Origin: an uncultured Bacilli bacterium
GTDB taxonomy: Bacteria; Bacillota_I; Bacilli_A; RF39; UBA660
Length of the DNA stretch: 64,000 nucleotides
Assembly: GCA_934131695.1 (NCBI GenBank)
Contig: CAKOZV010000002.1
Location: 5,316 to 69,315, forward strand
Direction of reading: 5' to 3'
In this document: positions 36,111 to 45,887 of the stretch, one piece after another
Layout of the letters: every line of letters starts with the position of its first letter
Position numbering within the stretch: the first letter of the stretch is position 1
Made by a program: the position numbers and the translations under genes
The notes under the pieces: model-generated
Databases searched by the model: none
The model's input: the letters and a program-made list of their open reading frames with translations, nothing else
Told to the model about the DNA's origin: nothing

Positions 36111-38300
36111 TTATTTCCCTTCTAGTTTTATTTTTCTGAGTCTTAGTGCATTAATTACAACCGTTAGACTACTTAAAGTCATAGCAAAAGAAGCAATCAT
36201 CGGATTCATTATAATATTAAATTTAGCAAATAATCCTATAGCAATTGGTATCATTAAAATATTGTAAAAGAAGGAGAAGAAAAGGTTTTGCTTTATATTC
36301 TTAATAGTTTTCTTACTTATGATAAATAGATTAAGAATACTTTCTAAGTTATCATTCATTAAGATAATATCACTCGAATTATTAGCTATATCAGTACCAC
36401 TTGCAATTGCTACACCAATAGTAGCAGTAGCAAGACTTGGAGCATCATTTATCCCATCTCCTACCATCATTACTTTTCTATTTTCTTTTAATAATTCTTT
36501 TATAACACTTGTTTTCTCTTTAGGAAGAAGTGATGTTTTTACTTCATCAAGTGCTAAATCTTTACTAATAATATTAGCTGTTTCTTTATTATCACCAGTT
36601 AACATTAAAACTTTTTTATTGCTTTTCTTTAACTTTTTAATAACTTCCCTAGCATTACTTCTTAGAGTATCTTTAACTCCTATTAAAGCGATTACTTTTC
36701 TTTCTTCTACTACATAAATAACACTATTTCCCTCTCTTACTAGTCTATTAAAGTCTAGTGAATGAATATCATAAATCATTAATTGGTCTACTAACTTATC
36801 ATTTCCTAGATAGTATTTCTTATCATTAATAGTACCACTTACTCCTAGTCCTGCTATATTATTAAATTTAGTTACAGCAAGATTTGATTTACCATTAAAA
36901 GCTTTAGCAATAGGATGAGTTGATTTATTCTCTAAACTTGTTACTAATTCTAATATTTTCTTATCAGGATAATCACTATAATTATAAATAGTTGATACTT
37001 GTAAATTACCATAAGTTAGTGTACCTGTTTTATCAAAGACAATGGTATCAATACTATTAAGCACTTCTAATGATTCACTATTTTTTATTAATAAACCTTT
37101 CTTAGCACAGAATCCTTCACTAACAATAACAGCTAAAGGAGTGGCAAGACCTAAAGAACAAGGACATGCTACTACTAAGACAGTTACAAATCTAGTTAAA
37201 GCTATATCTAAATTATTTGTTAATAGATTAAAAATTAAGGTTAGAAAAGCGATAAGCAGAATACTTGGTACAAAGATAGAACTTACTTTATCTGCTACTT
37301 TAGCAATAGCTGGTTTAGTATTAGTAGCTTCTACTACTAGTCTTACTATTTCGGAGATAGTTGAATCTTTACCTATATTAATCGCTTCATAAGTTATATA
37401 ACCATTAGTATTAATGCTACCTGCTATTACTTTATCACCTATTTTTTTCTTGATTAGTTTACTCTCTCCAGTTATAAAAGCTTCATCAAAGTAAGCACTT
37501 CCACTGATAATATTACCATCGACTGCTATTTTCTCACCTGGTTTACAAATTAAAGTATCATGTTTTTTCACTTCATCAATACTAATTTCTTTTTCCCCTT
37601 CCCTAGTTTTTAATAAAGCTTTAGTTGGGGTTACTTGAACTAATTCTTTAATAGCTTCCTTCGTTTTAGATTTACTCTTAGTATCAATAAATCTTCCTAG
37701 TTTGACAAAGTAGATAACGATACAAAATGATTCATAGTAAAGACTTTCTACATAACTTGTTTGTCCTTTAATTATCATAATGGTATTAAAGATGCTATAA
37801 ATAAGACTTGCTAAAACACCGATAGACACTAAAGTATCCATATTAGGGGATTTATGAATAAGATTTAAATAACCACTTTTTAGAATATCTTTTCCATAGT
37901 AAAGATAAGGAAGAGATAGTATTAGTAAAGTAATAGCATAGTTAACGGGATACTTTTCCATATTAAGTAGTGGTATAACAGGAAGACCTACCATGTGTGA
38001 CATAGAAATATAAAGTATTAAAATAGAAAGGATAGTATAAAAGGCAAATAATCTTTTATTAAGTTTCTCTTTCTTAAAGACCTTTTCTTCTGAATAGATA
38101 CCCAAACTTTTATAACCTGCTTCTTCAATAAATCTTTCTAAATCGTTTAAAGATAGTGTCTCATCATACATAATAGTAGCAGTTGCTAAAACAAGGTTAA
38201 CTGAGGCATCTACTACTCCTTTTTGTTTATTTAGATACTTTTCTAATGCCGATGAACAAGCACTACAACTCATTCCTTCAATACTTAAAATTACTTTCAT
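36111..38300 (-). CDS. copA: copper-translocating P1B-type ATPase CopA
   Basis: N-terminal HMA domain (GMSCSACS), TGES, CPC motif (ACPCSLGLATP), DKTGTLT and GDGINDAP. Confidence 0.95.
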   Translation of the reverse strand: MKVILSIEGMSCSACSSALEKYLNKQKGVVDASVNLVLATATIMYDETLSLNDLERFIEEAGYKSLGIYSEEKVFKKEKLNKRLFAFYTILSILILYISMSHMVGLPVIPLLNMEKYPVNYAITLLILSLPYLYYGKDILKSGYLNLIHKSPNMDTLVSIGVLASLIYSIFNTIMIIKGQTSYVESLYYESFCIVIYFVKLGRFIDTKSKSKTKEAIKELVQVTPTKALLKTREGEKEISIDEVKKHDTLICKPGEKIAVDGNIISGSAYFDEAFITGESKLIKKKIGDKVIAGSINTNGYITYEAINIGKDSTISEIVRLVVEATNTKPAIAKVADKVSSIFVPSILLIAFLTLIFNLLTNNLDIALTRFVTVLVVACPCSLGLATPLAVIVSEGFCAKKGLLIKNSESLEVLNSIDTIVFDKTGTLTYGNLQVSTIYNYSDYPDKKILELVTSLENKSTHPIAKAFNGKSNLAVTKFNNIAGLGVSGTINDKKYYLGNDKLVDQLMIYDIHSLDFNRLVREGNSVIYVVEERKVIALIGVKDTLRSNAREVIKKLKKSNKKVLMLTGDNKETANIISKDLALDEVKTSLLPKEKTSVIKELLKENRKVMMVGDGINDAPSLATATIGVAIASGTDIANNSSDIILMNDNLESILNLFIISKKTIKNIKQNLFFSFFYNILMIPIAIGLFAKFNIIMNPMIASFAMTLSSLTVVINALRLRKIKLEGK

Positions 38301-38434
38301 AATTAGCTTTTCCTTTCAATTTTTATTATCTATTTCTTATATAATATTAAGTCTACGAATAATAAGGTCCTTTTTATATATTTTACTTTGATACTACTCT
38401 CCACGTCTTATGGATATCTCTATTCCATCTTTAC

Positions 38435-38469
38435 TACCCAATTATAGGGGGTGGGGGTATTTATGTCAA
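38435..38469 (-). promoter_or_regulatory. consensus sigma-A promoter of the cop operon with a G/C-tract operator in the spacer (CsoR-type candidate)
   Basis: Minus strand reads TTGACA-TAAATACCCCCACCCCC-TATAAT-TGGGTA. The -35 and -10 boxes are perfect with a 17-nt spacer. TACCC...GGGTA arms flank the -10 box. Confidence 0.6.
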
Positions 38470-38504
38470 TAGTAAAACAAAAAGAAAAAGATCATATTAA
38501 TGAC

Positions 38505-39365
38505 CTAGTTTGTTTCATCAAATAACTTTTTATTTTCATAATTAGTTATGATTACTTCTTCTACTTTTCCCCTTTTCTTTCCATTAGCATTAATATTTCT
38601 TTTAGCTTCTATTATATGGATATTGTAGTCTTTATATAAATCTTTTATTAGCGGCGTATTATAATTAGATAGCATTACATAGCACCCTCTACCAGATAGT
38701 TCTTTATATACTTTAGCAAGTCTAATTTGCTCATCTTTACCAAAGCCATTTTCTGTATAACTAGTAAATATTTGTTTTTCCGAATCATATGGTGGATCGA
38801 AGTAGATGAAGTCATTCTTCTTAGCAGTTTTAACCGCTTCTTCAAAATCTGTATTTAATATGGTTATATCATTAAAGTTTAAATATGAATGAATAATACC
38901 AAGGTTTTGTCCTTCATAAGTATTTACTTTTATTTTTTTACCAAATGGTACGTTAAATTCATTCTTACTATTAACTCTATATAAACCGTTGAAACAAGCT
39001 TTATTTAGATAAATTGTTCTAGCTGCTCTTTTATAATCAGCCATTCGTTTAAATTTAGCTTTATCCCTATCTTTATTTCGTATTTCATAATAATAATCTT
39101 CACTATGATTTGTCTCATGATGATTTAATTCATTACACATCTTAGTAAACTTTGTTTCATCTTTTATACAGTTAAAAATATTCATTAATTCTTCATTATA
39201 ATCATTTATCACTGCTTTTCTTGGTGATAATTCAAATAATAAAGCTCCTCCACCAACAAATGGCTCATAGTATGTATTATATTCATCAGGGGCATATAGT
39301 TTTAGTTTATCAATTACTTGTCTTTTACCACCAGCCCACTTTACAAATGGTTTTCCTTTTATCAT
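38505..39365 (-). CDS. Dam-family (alpha-class, D12) N6-adenine DNA methyltransferase
   Basis: PFVKWAGGKRQ, EPFVGGGALLF, NDYN and DPPY blocks in Dam order. Confidence 0.9.
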   Translation of the reverse strand: MIKGKPFVKWAGGKRQVIDKLKLYAPDEYNTYYEPFVGGGALLFELSPRKAVINDYNEELMNIFNCIKDETKFTKMCNELNHHETNHSEDYYYEIRNKDRDKAKFKRMADYKRAARTIYLNKACFNGLYRVNSKNEFNVPFGKKIKVNTYEGQNLGIIHSYLNFNDITILNTDFEEAVKTAKKNDFIYFDPPYDSEKQIFTSYTENGFGKDEQIRLAKVYKELSGRGCYVMLSNYNTPLIKDLYKDYNIHIIEAKRNINANGKKRGKVEEVIITNYENKKLFDETN

Positions 39366-39557
39366 GTTTTTGCCTCCTAGTTAAGTTTCATATCAATTAT
39401 TGTATCAAAAATGTTACTAATTGTCAGTACTAACAATTAGTAAATATGATAATTCATAATGATACAGTAAATTTTCAAATTGATGACTACTAAATCCATT
39501 ATTGTAATTACGTTTAAACTATTAAATGATATTGTTTAGCTAAAAAACGCATCTAAT

Positions 39558-42167
39558 TTATAGCACTAGTGTTTTTCTGTAATTTTTTTCTAATACTTTT
39601 GGTTGTTCCTCTTTCTTTAACAATGTCATATAACTATTAAACTCTTCTATTGCCCTATAATCATTTTTTAGATATTCGCCAATTCTTTCTTGATATGTTT
39701 GAGCTATATACCAATCCTTAGAATAATAAACATTTTTTATTGAATATTTACTTATTGGTATATAATCTGTAGGATTAATTGAGTAATTTATAGAGTTTAT
39801 TACGTTAATTACATTTTCATTATTGTTATTATATCCATCTACAAAAAAGTCAACAAATTTTATTTCATCCCTAGGATCCATATATGAAACATCTGGATTT
39901 TTTGACTTAATATTTCTAAGGTCAAAATTATTATCTTTATATACAATATCTAAAGTTCTGTGATAGATATCTGTATCTTTATACACTTCATCATCCTTTT
40001 CAAATATAGTAGGAGTTGGATAATCTTTTGGAAAAGGAGTTGTGCTTGGCTTTAAGTATGAATCACTACCAATACATGCTAAATTAATTGGTTCATTACT
40101 TTGTTTAGTAATTTCTACTATCTTTTCTATTCCTTCTTTAAATGTAGTAGATATTAAACGACCATTAGCTTCTATTTCTTTATCTACACACTCAATACTA
40201 TTAGCTATTAATACATTTCCATTTCTTTTCAACGGACAAAAAGCAGCAACATCACCTGATTTATCATATATTATCAATATTCTACCATTTCTACAAAGTG
40301 CTGCATGTAACAAATGATTATGTGCTATATCAAGTGTCCTAATACAACAATTAGCTTTATATCCTAGCTCAAATATTTGTGGGTCATCTAATTTCATAGT
40401 TTCATAAGTATAACCTCTTGTAGAAGTTCCTTTTACATAAGGGATACTAGATTCAACTCTTTTTTTCATTTGCGAATATATTTCAACGATTTTTTTTAAT
40501 ATTTCATTATTACTATTGTGTGTTTTATTTCCTAAAATAATATTCTCTAAAAAACTATTATTATTTAATAAGTAATTATCTGGAGTTATTATTTTTCTAT
40601 CTACATCATATTTTTCTGTTTCTAATATTGCATTTACTTTCTTTAATGTAATTTTATTATGACATTTTTCTAATATTTCATCATAGTTGTTATACAAGTA
40701 GTACCATGTTTTATATAATTCAGAATTCTTATCATTAAGCATATTTATAAAATGATTATTATTTGGTGTTTCAAACATAAAGTTAATAAATCTTTTATCT
40801 ATAATAGGTAAGAATTTACTTCCTTCTGATTTCATTTCAACTCTTGTTATATCAGTCTTAGCAACATTATCTAAAAACATTTTGTTATATTGCCCATATT
40901 TACCACTTACTATTTCTATGCTTCTTTCATATCCAAATATAAAGTACATTTTGATACATAACCCATATATTGTAGACAATTCATCTTGAGTCTTATCCTC
41001 TAAAAATTTAGATAATTTATTAATATGTTTAACATTTACTTTAGATAATTGTTCTAGAGTCATGCCATGAAGATATCTAGCATTAGGAAGTGCAATATTA
41101 AATTTTAAATAAAACATTAATTTTAAATCTTTTGTTATTTCATCATAATTATTAGTTAAATAATTTATATCTCTGTAACTTATTAAACCATTATTTAAAT
41201 TTCTTTTTAATGTGTTATAGATCATCTCTTGATTAACAGAACTATTTTTTAATATACGACCAGTTAAATATTTTAAAAATTTCTCTTTAATTGTCTCTTC
41301 CTGATTTTCATTTAATAAGATATCATATATTTCTTTCTCTAGGTTAACCTGTCTATGAAAGTTTGGATGTCTAAATTGATTTTCTATTTTTTCTCTTATT
41401 AATTCGTCTTTAGTTTTTATTTTAGCAAAGAGTTCTTCAAACGACTTACCATTCTTAACTATATTATCTGATATATATTTTTTTATATCATTATTATCAA
41501 TACTATCATTTATATAATTAAGAAAAAATAACTCTTCTGAATTTAATTGTTTCATTATACTGCTATTAATTCTATCTTTATCAGAACCAAATAGGACTCC
41601 TTCTATATTGTTATATCTTTCTCTAAAATCAGTAGGAAGAAGCACCTCCCTAGTATAAAAATTTAATTTTTCTATTATTTTTAACTGTCTGTCAGTAGGC
41701 AATAAGTTAAATTCTTTACTTTTTACTACCTCTTCAAAGACTTTTTTTAAATCGTATGAATGGAAAAATTTGTCTTCAATTTTATTTTCATTCATGACAA
41801 TATATAGAAAATATTTATTACTATATATTTGTTTCTTTATAGTTTGTGATTTTATATCTTTATTCAATTTTTCAATATTTTTTATCGTCTGTTCAGTGCA
41901 AGCAAAGTTATTTAAACTTAATGTTCCTAAAATTAATATTTTTTGAATTTTATCATTAGTCCATAATTTATTTTGCATAGTGAAACCTGAATTTCTAAAA
42001 ATAGAATTGATGGTATTACTATCTAAATTTGAGATAAATTCAATTATACTCGAATCTATTATTGTATTTATTTGTTCATCTGTTATTTTTTTTAAAGCAT
42101 TAATCAATTTTTTAGTTTTATACGATTTAATTTTTTTAAGATCTATTTGTGTAATATTGCTTTGCAT
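39558..42167 (-). CDS. hypothetical large protein (about 870 aa), no recognised domain
   Basis: Long uninterrupted ORF. ATG at 42167 lies 7 nt after GAAGGAG; the tracked TTG start at 42182 is less likely. A Cys/His-containing C-terminal block reads GYKANCCIRTLDIAHNHLLHAALCRNGRILIIYDKSGDVAAFCPL. Confidence 0.65.
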   Translation of the reverse strand: MQSNITQIDLKKIKSYKTKKLINALKKITDEQINTIIDSSIIEFISNLDSNTINSIFRNSGFTMQNKLWTNDKIQKILILGTLSLNNFACTEQTIKNIEKLNKDIKSQTIKKQIYSNKYFLYIVMNENKIEDKFFHSYDLKKVFEEVVKSKEFNLLPTDRQLKIIEKLNFYTREVLLPTDFRERYNNIEGVLFGSDKDRINSSIMKQLNSEELFFLNYINDSIDNNDIKKYISDNIVKNGKSFEELFAKIKTKDELIREKIENQFRHPNFHRQVNLEKEIYDILLNENQEETIKEKFLKYLTGRILKNSSVNQEMIYNTLKRNLNNGLISYRDINYLTNNYDEITKDLKLMFYLKFNIALPNARYLHGMTLEQLSKVNVKHINKLSKFLEDKTQDELSTIYGLCIKMYFIFGYERSIEIVSGKYGQYNKMFLDNVAKTDITRVEMKSEGSKFLPIIDKRFINFMFETPNNNHFINMLNDKNSELYKTWYYLYNNYDEILEKCHNKITLKKVNAILETEKYDVDRKIITPDNYLLNNNSFLENIILGNKTHNSNNEILKKIVEIYSQMKKRVESSIPYVKGTSTRGYTYETMKLDDPQIFELGYKANCCIRTLDIAHNHLLHAALCRNGRILIIYDKSGDVAAFCPLKRNGNVLIANSIECVDKEIEANGRLISTTFKEGIEKIVEITKQSNEPINLACIGSDSYLKPSTTPFPKDYPTPTIFEKDDEVYKDTDIYHRTLDIVYKDNNFDLRNIKSKNPDVSYMDPRDEIKFVDFFVDGYNNNNENVINVINSINYSINPTDYIPISKYSIKNVYYSKDWYIAQTYQERIGEYLKNDYRAIEEFNSYMTLLKKEEQPKVLEKNYRKTLVL

Positions 42168-42306
42168 AGTTTTCTCCTTCAAAAGTAAGATATATTATAG
42201 CACATAAAAAAAGAAAAATGATTATTTTCATCTCTTTTAAGTATATTAAACTAAATAAGATTTGTACCTAACTTATAACAACTAACTTAAAACTTTTTAT
42301 AGTAAA

Positions 42307-42331
42307 CAAAAATGAGAGTCAAATGGCTCTC
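42307..42331 (-). terminator. rho-independent terminator (repeat m1, copy A)
   Basis: Minus strand reads GAGAGCCATTTGACTCTC followed by ATTTTTGTTT. Confidence 0.55.
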
Positions 42332-42444
42332 TTCAGGGGGAAAAATTATGGGGTGATTTTTTGTCATTTTTTTCATTATTATTGTTTTATCACTTGCTAT
42401 ATTTCTCGTAAATAGCCCTATTTTACACATCTTGCTCTATGTAG

Positions 42445-42468
42445 TTGTTCCCCATTTGTTCCCAAGAA
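42445..42468 (+). repeat. 24-nt repeat m2, copy A (tandem TTGTTCCC half-sites)
   Basis: TTGTTCCC-CAT-TTGTTCCC-AAGAA matches 50527-50550 at 21/24 positions. Confidence 0.8.
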
Positions 42469-42504
42469 AAAAAGTGATGACTATTTTTCAACACTTTTTC
42501 GAAA

Positions 42505-43674
42505 TTAGTTTTTAAATAATTCTTCCCATTTCTTAATATTTTCTTTATCATCATCAGTTAATAAATATTTCATTATAACTTTTGACAATTTATCTATATC
42601 TTCTTTTTGATGTAAAACGTGTATTTTTCTATGACAATTAGGGCATATAGCAACAGTATTATAAATTGCATCAGGACCGTTTTCAGCTAATGTTATTACA
42701 TGATGTGATTCAAGATATGGCCTTCCATTTTTATCTTTAAAAGGCGCTTCCTTTCCACAAAGATCACATACACCATTAGCTCTTTCCTTTGTATACTCAG
42801 CTATGTATTGATTCCTTTCACGATATATAGTTTTAACTTCTTTTGTAGAAATATTTTCAGATTCTGCAATTTTAGCTCTATTTTTGATTTCGCTCGAATC
42901 AAACTTTCTTACTTCTTTTAACTTTTCATTTTCACTTTTTTCGATATCCTCAATATCAATTATTAATGATTTAGTTTGATCTAATCTCTTTAGAGGAAAT
43001 TTTATTACTTTTCTAATTGCACCATTTATATCAGCTTCTTCTGATTGATATGGAGTTCCTGCCAGTTTCACCTCTCCATCATAATAGTATTCGTTATCTT
43101 TATATGATTCAAATAAATATACTTTTATTCCTTCTCTTTCAGCAATTGTTAATGTTTTATTTTGTGCATAAGAAATACTTTGATCATTTTCAGTACCCAT
43201 TCCTGTATAATTTAATATTCCGTCATCTGTCCATTGATCGTCATATAAAGGATTGTTATGTTTTGCAATTAGAACTAATGAGTTAGTTTCCTTTGACCTT
43301 CTCATACCTCCCATATTTGAACATTTAAAAGTATTAGCGATTTCACTATTTGAATAAATATTTCCTACTATTAAATCTTCAATTCCACAATAGTGATCCA
43401 TTTCATCAGAATAATTTTCTCTCAAATAGTCAGCTAATGACTCATTACTTAAAATCCCATTTTCTTCTAAAAATTTGAAGTCTTCTGCATATTTATGATT
43501 TCCACCTTTGAATTTTAGAAAATGCTCATACATATTTCCTGTAAATTTTATATATTTAATCCTACTATATTCTATTTGAACTCTTTTCTTATATTTTTCA
43601 TATTCAGGATGATCGTTTATAAAATCTAAAGTTTTATCAAAATTATCTAATACAAATTTTACTCCTCTATCCAT
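42505..43674 (-). CDS. HNH endonuclease with an SRA/PUA-like modified-base reader domain (candidate type IV methyl-directed restriction enzyme)
   Basis: C-terminal HNH: CDLCGKEAPF...LESHHVITLAENGPD...NTVAICPNCHRKIH. The central block GGMRRSKETNSLVLIAKH..YDDQWTDDGILNYTGMGTENDQ...NKTL...GIKVYLFE...YYYDGEVKL resembles the SRA (YDG) pattern. Confidence 0.65.
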   Translation of the reverse strand: MDRGVKFVLDNFDKTLDFINDHPEYEKYKKRVQIEYSRIKYIKFTGNMYEHFLKFKGGNHKYAEDFKFLEENGILSNESLADYLRENYSDEMDHYCGIEDLIVGNIYSNSEIANTFKCSNMGGMRRSKETNSLVLIAKHNNPLYDDQWTDDGILNYTGMGTENDQSISYAQNKTLTIAEREGIKVYLFESYKDNEYYYDGEVKLAGTPYQSEEADINGAIRKVIKFPLKRLDQTKSLIIDIEDIEKSENEKLKEVRKFDSSEIKNRAKIAESENISTKEVKTIYRERNQYIAEYTKERANGVCDLCGKEAPFKDKNGRPYLESHHVITLAENGPDAIYNTVAICPNCHRKIHVLHQKEDIDKLSKVIMKYLLTDDDKENIKKWEELFKN

Positions 43675-44060
43675 TATTTCATCTCCATAACATATTTTGC
43701 TAAAGGTATATCAGCAGGTGCTAAATCATAGTTTAATAATGCTGGTTTATCAACCCATTTGTATTCAGAATGATCATGTAAATGAAATTCTCCCGATAAA
43801 TATTTACATCTATATAATTTTAAATCAACTGTTTTAGTTGGATATTTACACACATTATTTATTAAAAAACTTTCTGCACTAATTAATAATTCAAATTCTT
43901 CTTTTATTTCTCTCTCTATAGCATGCTTTTCATCTTCATTATCTTGAACTTTTCCGCCAGGGAACTCCCATTTACCAAAAACATTAGGATCTCCTGTAGA
44001 TCGTTTTGCTATTAATACCTTATTATCATTTTCTATTAAAGCCGCAACAACATTAATCAT
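43674..44060 (-). CDS. NUDIX hydrolase, MutT/NudG-like (d)NTP pyrophosphohydrolase
   Basis: Nudix box GKWEFPGGKVQDNEDEKHAIEREIKEEF. The TAA stop shares one base with the ATG of the HNH gene (TAATG). Confidence 0.85.
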   Translation of the reverse strand: MINVVAALIENDNKVLIAKRSTGDPNVFGKWEFPGGKVQDNEDEKHAIEREIKEEFELLISAESFLINNVCKYPTKTVDLKLYRCKYLSGEFHLHDHSEYKWVDKPALLNYDLAPADIPLAKYVMEMK

Positions 44061-44169
44061 ATTATTTCACCTTCACTTCTATTATATCATATAAAAAAGC
44101 AAGAATTTTACAAACACTAAAAATAGTGGAAAATTCTTTTAAAAAGTTGTATTTTTTTGCGAATACATG

Positions 44170-44198
44170 TTGACCCTTTCGTTTTTTTAAGGTATAAT
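44170..44198 (+). promoter_or_regulatory. sigma-A-type promoter of the methyltransferase pair
   Basis: TTGACC, 17-nt spacer, TATAAT, about 27 nt upstream of the M1 start. Confidence 0.6.
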
Positions 44199-44225
44199 AG
44201 ATTATAGTGAGAAAGGAGGAAAAAA

Positions 44226-45029
44226 ATGAAGGCAAATATTATATACCAAAAATCAAGTGAATCTATGAAAGAAATCAATGATGAATCCGTTAATATGATT
44301 GTCACATCTCCTCCATATAATATTAACATTAATTATGGTAATAAAACTAACAAAGGTAAAATTACAGCAAGTAAGGGAATTAAATACAAAGACAACTTAG
44401 AAGAAGAGGAATACCGTAAAATGTTAAAAAATGTTTTCTCAGAATGCAAACGCGTATTAAAAAAAGATGGTTCAATTTTTATAAACATTAAAAACAGATA
44501 TAATAATGGAATAATTATTCCTCCATTTTGGATTCAAGACTATTTTGAGGACATGTATTTAAAAAATATTATAATATGGAATTTTGATTGGGGCGGTTCT
44601 ACTAATAAAAGATTTGCTCCTAGATATGAATATGTTTTTTGGTTTACAAAAAACAAAGAAAACTATAAATTTAATTTAGATGCAGTTAAAATACCGGCTT
44701 TAAACTACAGACCAGACAGGTATAAGAGCCAATTAAAAAATCCCAGCGATGTATGGAAGATATCTATGGTATCTGGCAATTTTGAAGAAAGAACTGAACA
44801 TCCAGCGCAATATCCAGAAAGGTTAATTGAACGAATAATAGGCTGTTCGACCATACAAAATGATATTGTTCTAGATCCATTTATGGGTTCAGGAACAACT
44901 GCTGCTGTAGCAAAAAAATTAAACAGAAATTATATTGGATATGAAATTGTACCAGAATACATTGAAATATCAGAAAACAGATTAAAAAAAATACAGAAAG
45001 GAGAGTTATTAGATGAACGAGAATATTAG
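44226..45029 (+). CDS. beta-class DNA methyltransferase M1 (SPPY motif; N4-cytosine or N6-adenine)
   Basis: Motif IV IVTSPPYNI is N-terminal. HPAQYPERL and motif I DPFMGSGTTAAVA are C-terminal. Confidence 0.9.
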   Translation: MKANIIYQKSSESMKEINDESVNMIVTSPPYNININYGNKTNKGKITASKGIKYKDNLEEEEYRKMLKNVFSECKRVLKKDGSIFINIKNRYNNGIIIPPFWIQDYFEDMYLKNIIIWNFDWGGSTNKRFAPRYEYVFWFTKNKENYKFNLDAVKIPALNYRPDRYKSQLKNPSDVWKISMVSGNFEERTEHPAQYPERLIERIIGCSTIQNDIVLDPFMGSGTTAAVAKKLNRNYIGYEIVPEYIEISENRLKKIQKGELLDEREY

Positions 45030-45867
45030 AATTGAGTTCGGTGATTGTAGGGAATTATTAAAAACTATTCCTGACAATTCAGTCACATTAGTAGTTACTT
45101 CTCCTCCATATAATATTGGAAAAAAGTATGGTAAATATAGTGATAAAATATCATTAGAAGAATGGAAAGAATTGATTAATGATGTTACCAAAGAAATCTA
45201 TAGAATATTAAAACCAAACGGAAGTTTCTTCTTAAATTTATCTCCTATACCATTAGGAAATGATAAAGAGATTCTACCTTTACCTTACATAGGATATGAT
45301 ATTATGAAAGAAAATAATTTCAAAATTAGAAATATAATAACTTGGACTTTTAATAATATGCAAAACTGTACGAATAGATTATCCGGTCGATATGAAAATA
45401 TTGTTTGGGGCGTAAAAGATTTAAATAATTATATTTTTAATTTAGACGAAATACGAATACCATATATTACCAAAAATGATAAAAGATTAGTTGGCGGAAT
45501 TGGTAGAAACCCTACTGACGTATGGTACTTTGATAGAGTAAATAATATGACGAAGAAAAAATTGGATCTTACTCATCCTACAATTTATCCATTACCTATG
45601 ATTGTTAGAATATTAAAAATGAGTAGCAATGTTGGAGATACAATATTAGATCCTTTTGCTGGAAGTGGAACTTCGCTGGTAGCTGCAAAGATTCTAAATA
45701 GAAAAGCAATAGGCTTTGAATTAGATACTAAATACAAAAATGAATGTAAAAGAAGATTAGCTACTGAAGGAAATATTTCTGTATCTGTATTTGACGAATA
45801 TAAAAGTGACGAAGAAAAAAAACAAGCATTTTTAAATGCTATATCAAATCTAAAAATAGACAAATAA
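45013..45867 (+). CDS. beta-class DNA methyltransferase M2 (SPPY motif)
   Basis: VVTSPPYNI, HPTIYPLPM and DPFAGSGTSLVAA. It overlaps M1 by 17 nt. Confidence 0.9.
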   Translation: MNENIRIEFGDCRELLKTIPDNSVTLVVTSPPYNIGKKYGKYSDKISLEEWKELINDVTKEIYRILKPNGSFFLNLSPIPLGNDKEILPLPYIGYDIMKENNFKIRNIITWTFNNMQNCTNRLSGRYENIVWGVKDLNNYIFNLDEIRIPYITKNDKRLVGGIGRNPTDVWYFDRVNNMTKKKLDLTHPTIYPLPMIVRILKMSSNVGDTILDPFAGSGTSLVAAKILNRKAIGFELDTKYKNECKRRLATEGNISVSVFDEYKSDEEKKQAFLNAISNLKIDK

Positions 45868-45887
45868 AAGGCAGAAGCACTGCCTTT
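45867..45887. terminator. bidirectional hairpin between the convergent M2 and TGT-like genes
   Basis: AAAGGCAG-AAGCA-CTGCCTTT with flanking A and T runs. Confidence 0.6.

Noticed and set aside
42308-42340. Repeat m1 as a tRNA or tmRNA 3' fragment serving as an att site
   Set aside because: It has no T-arm-like GGTTCGAATCC or acceptor features. The sequence is fully explained as a hairpin plus U-run terminator on the minus strand.
44117-44329. 70-aa minus-strand ORF overlapping the M1 promoter and start
   Set aside because: No RBS. It overlaps a well-supported promoter, RBS and methyltransferase start on the other strand.
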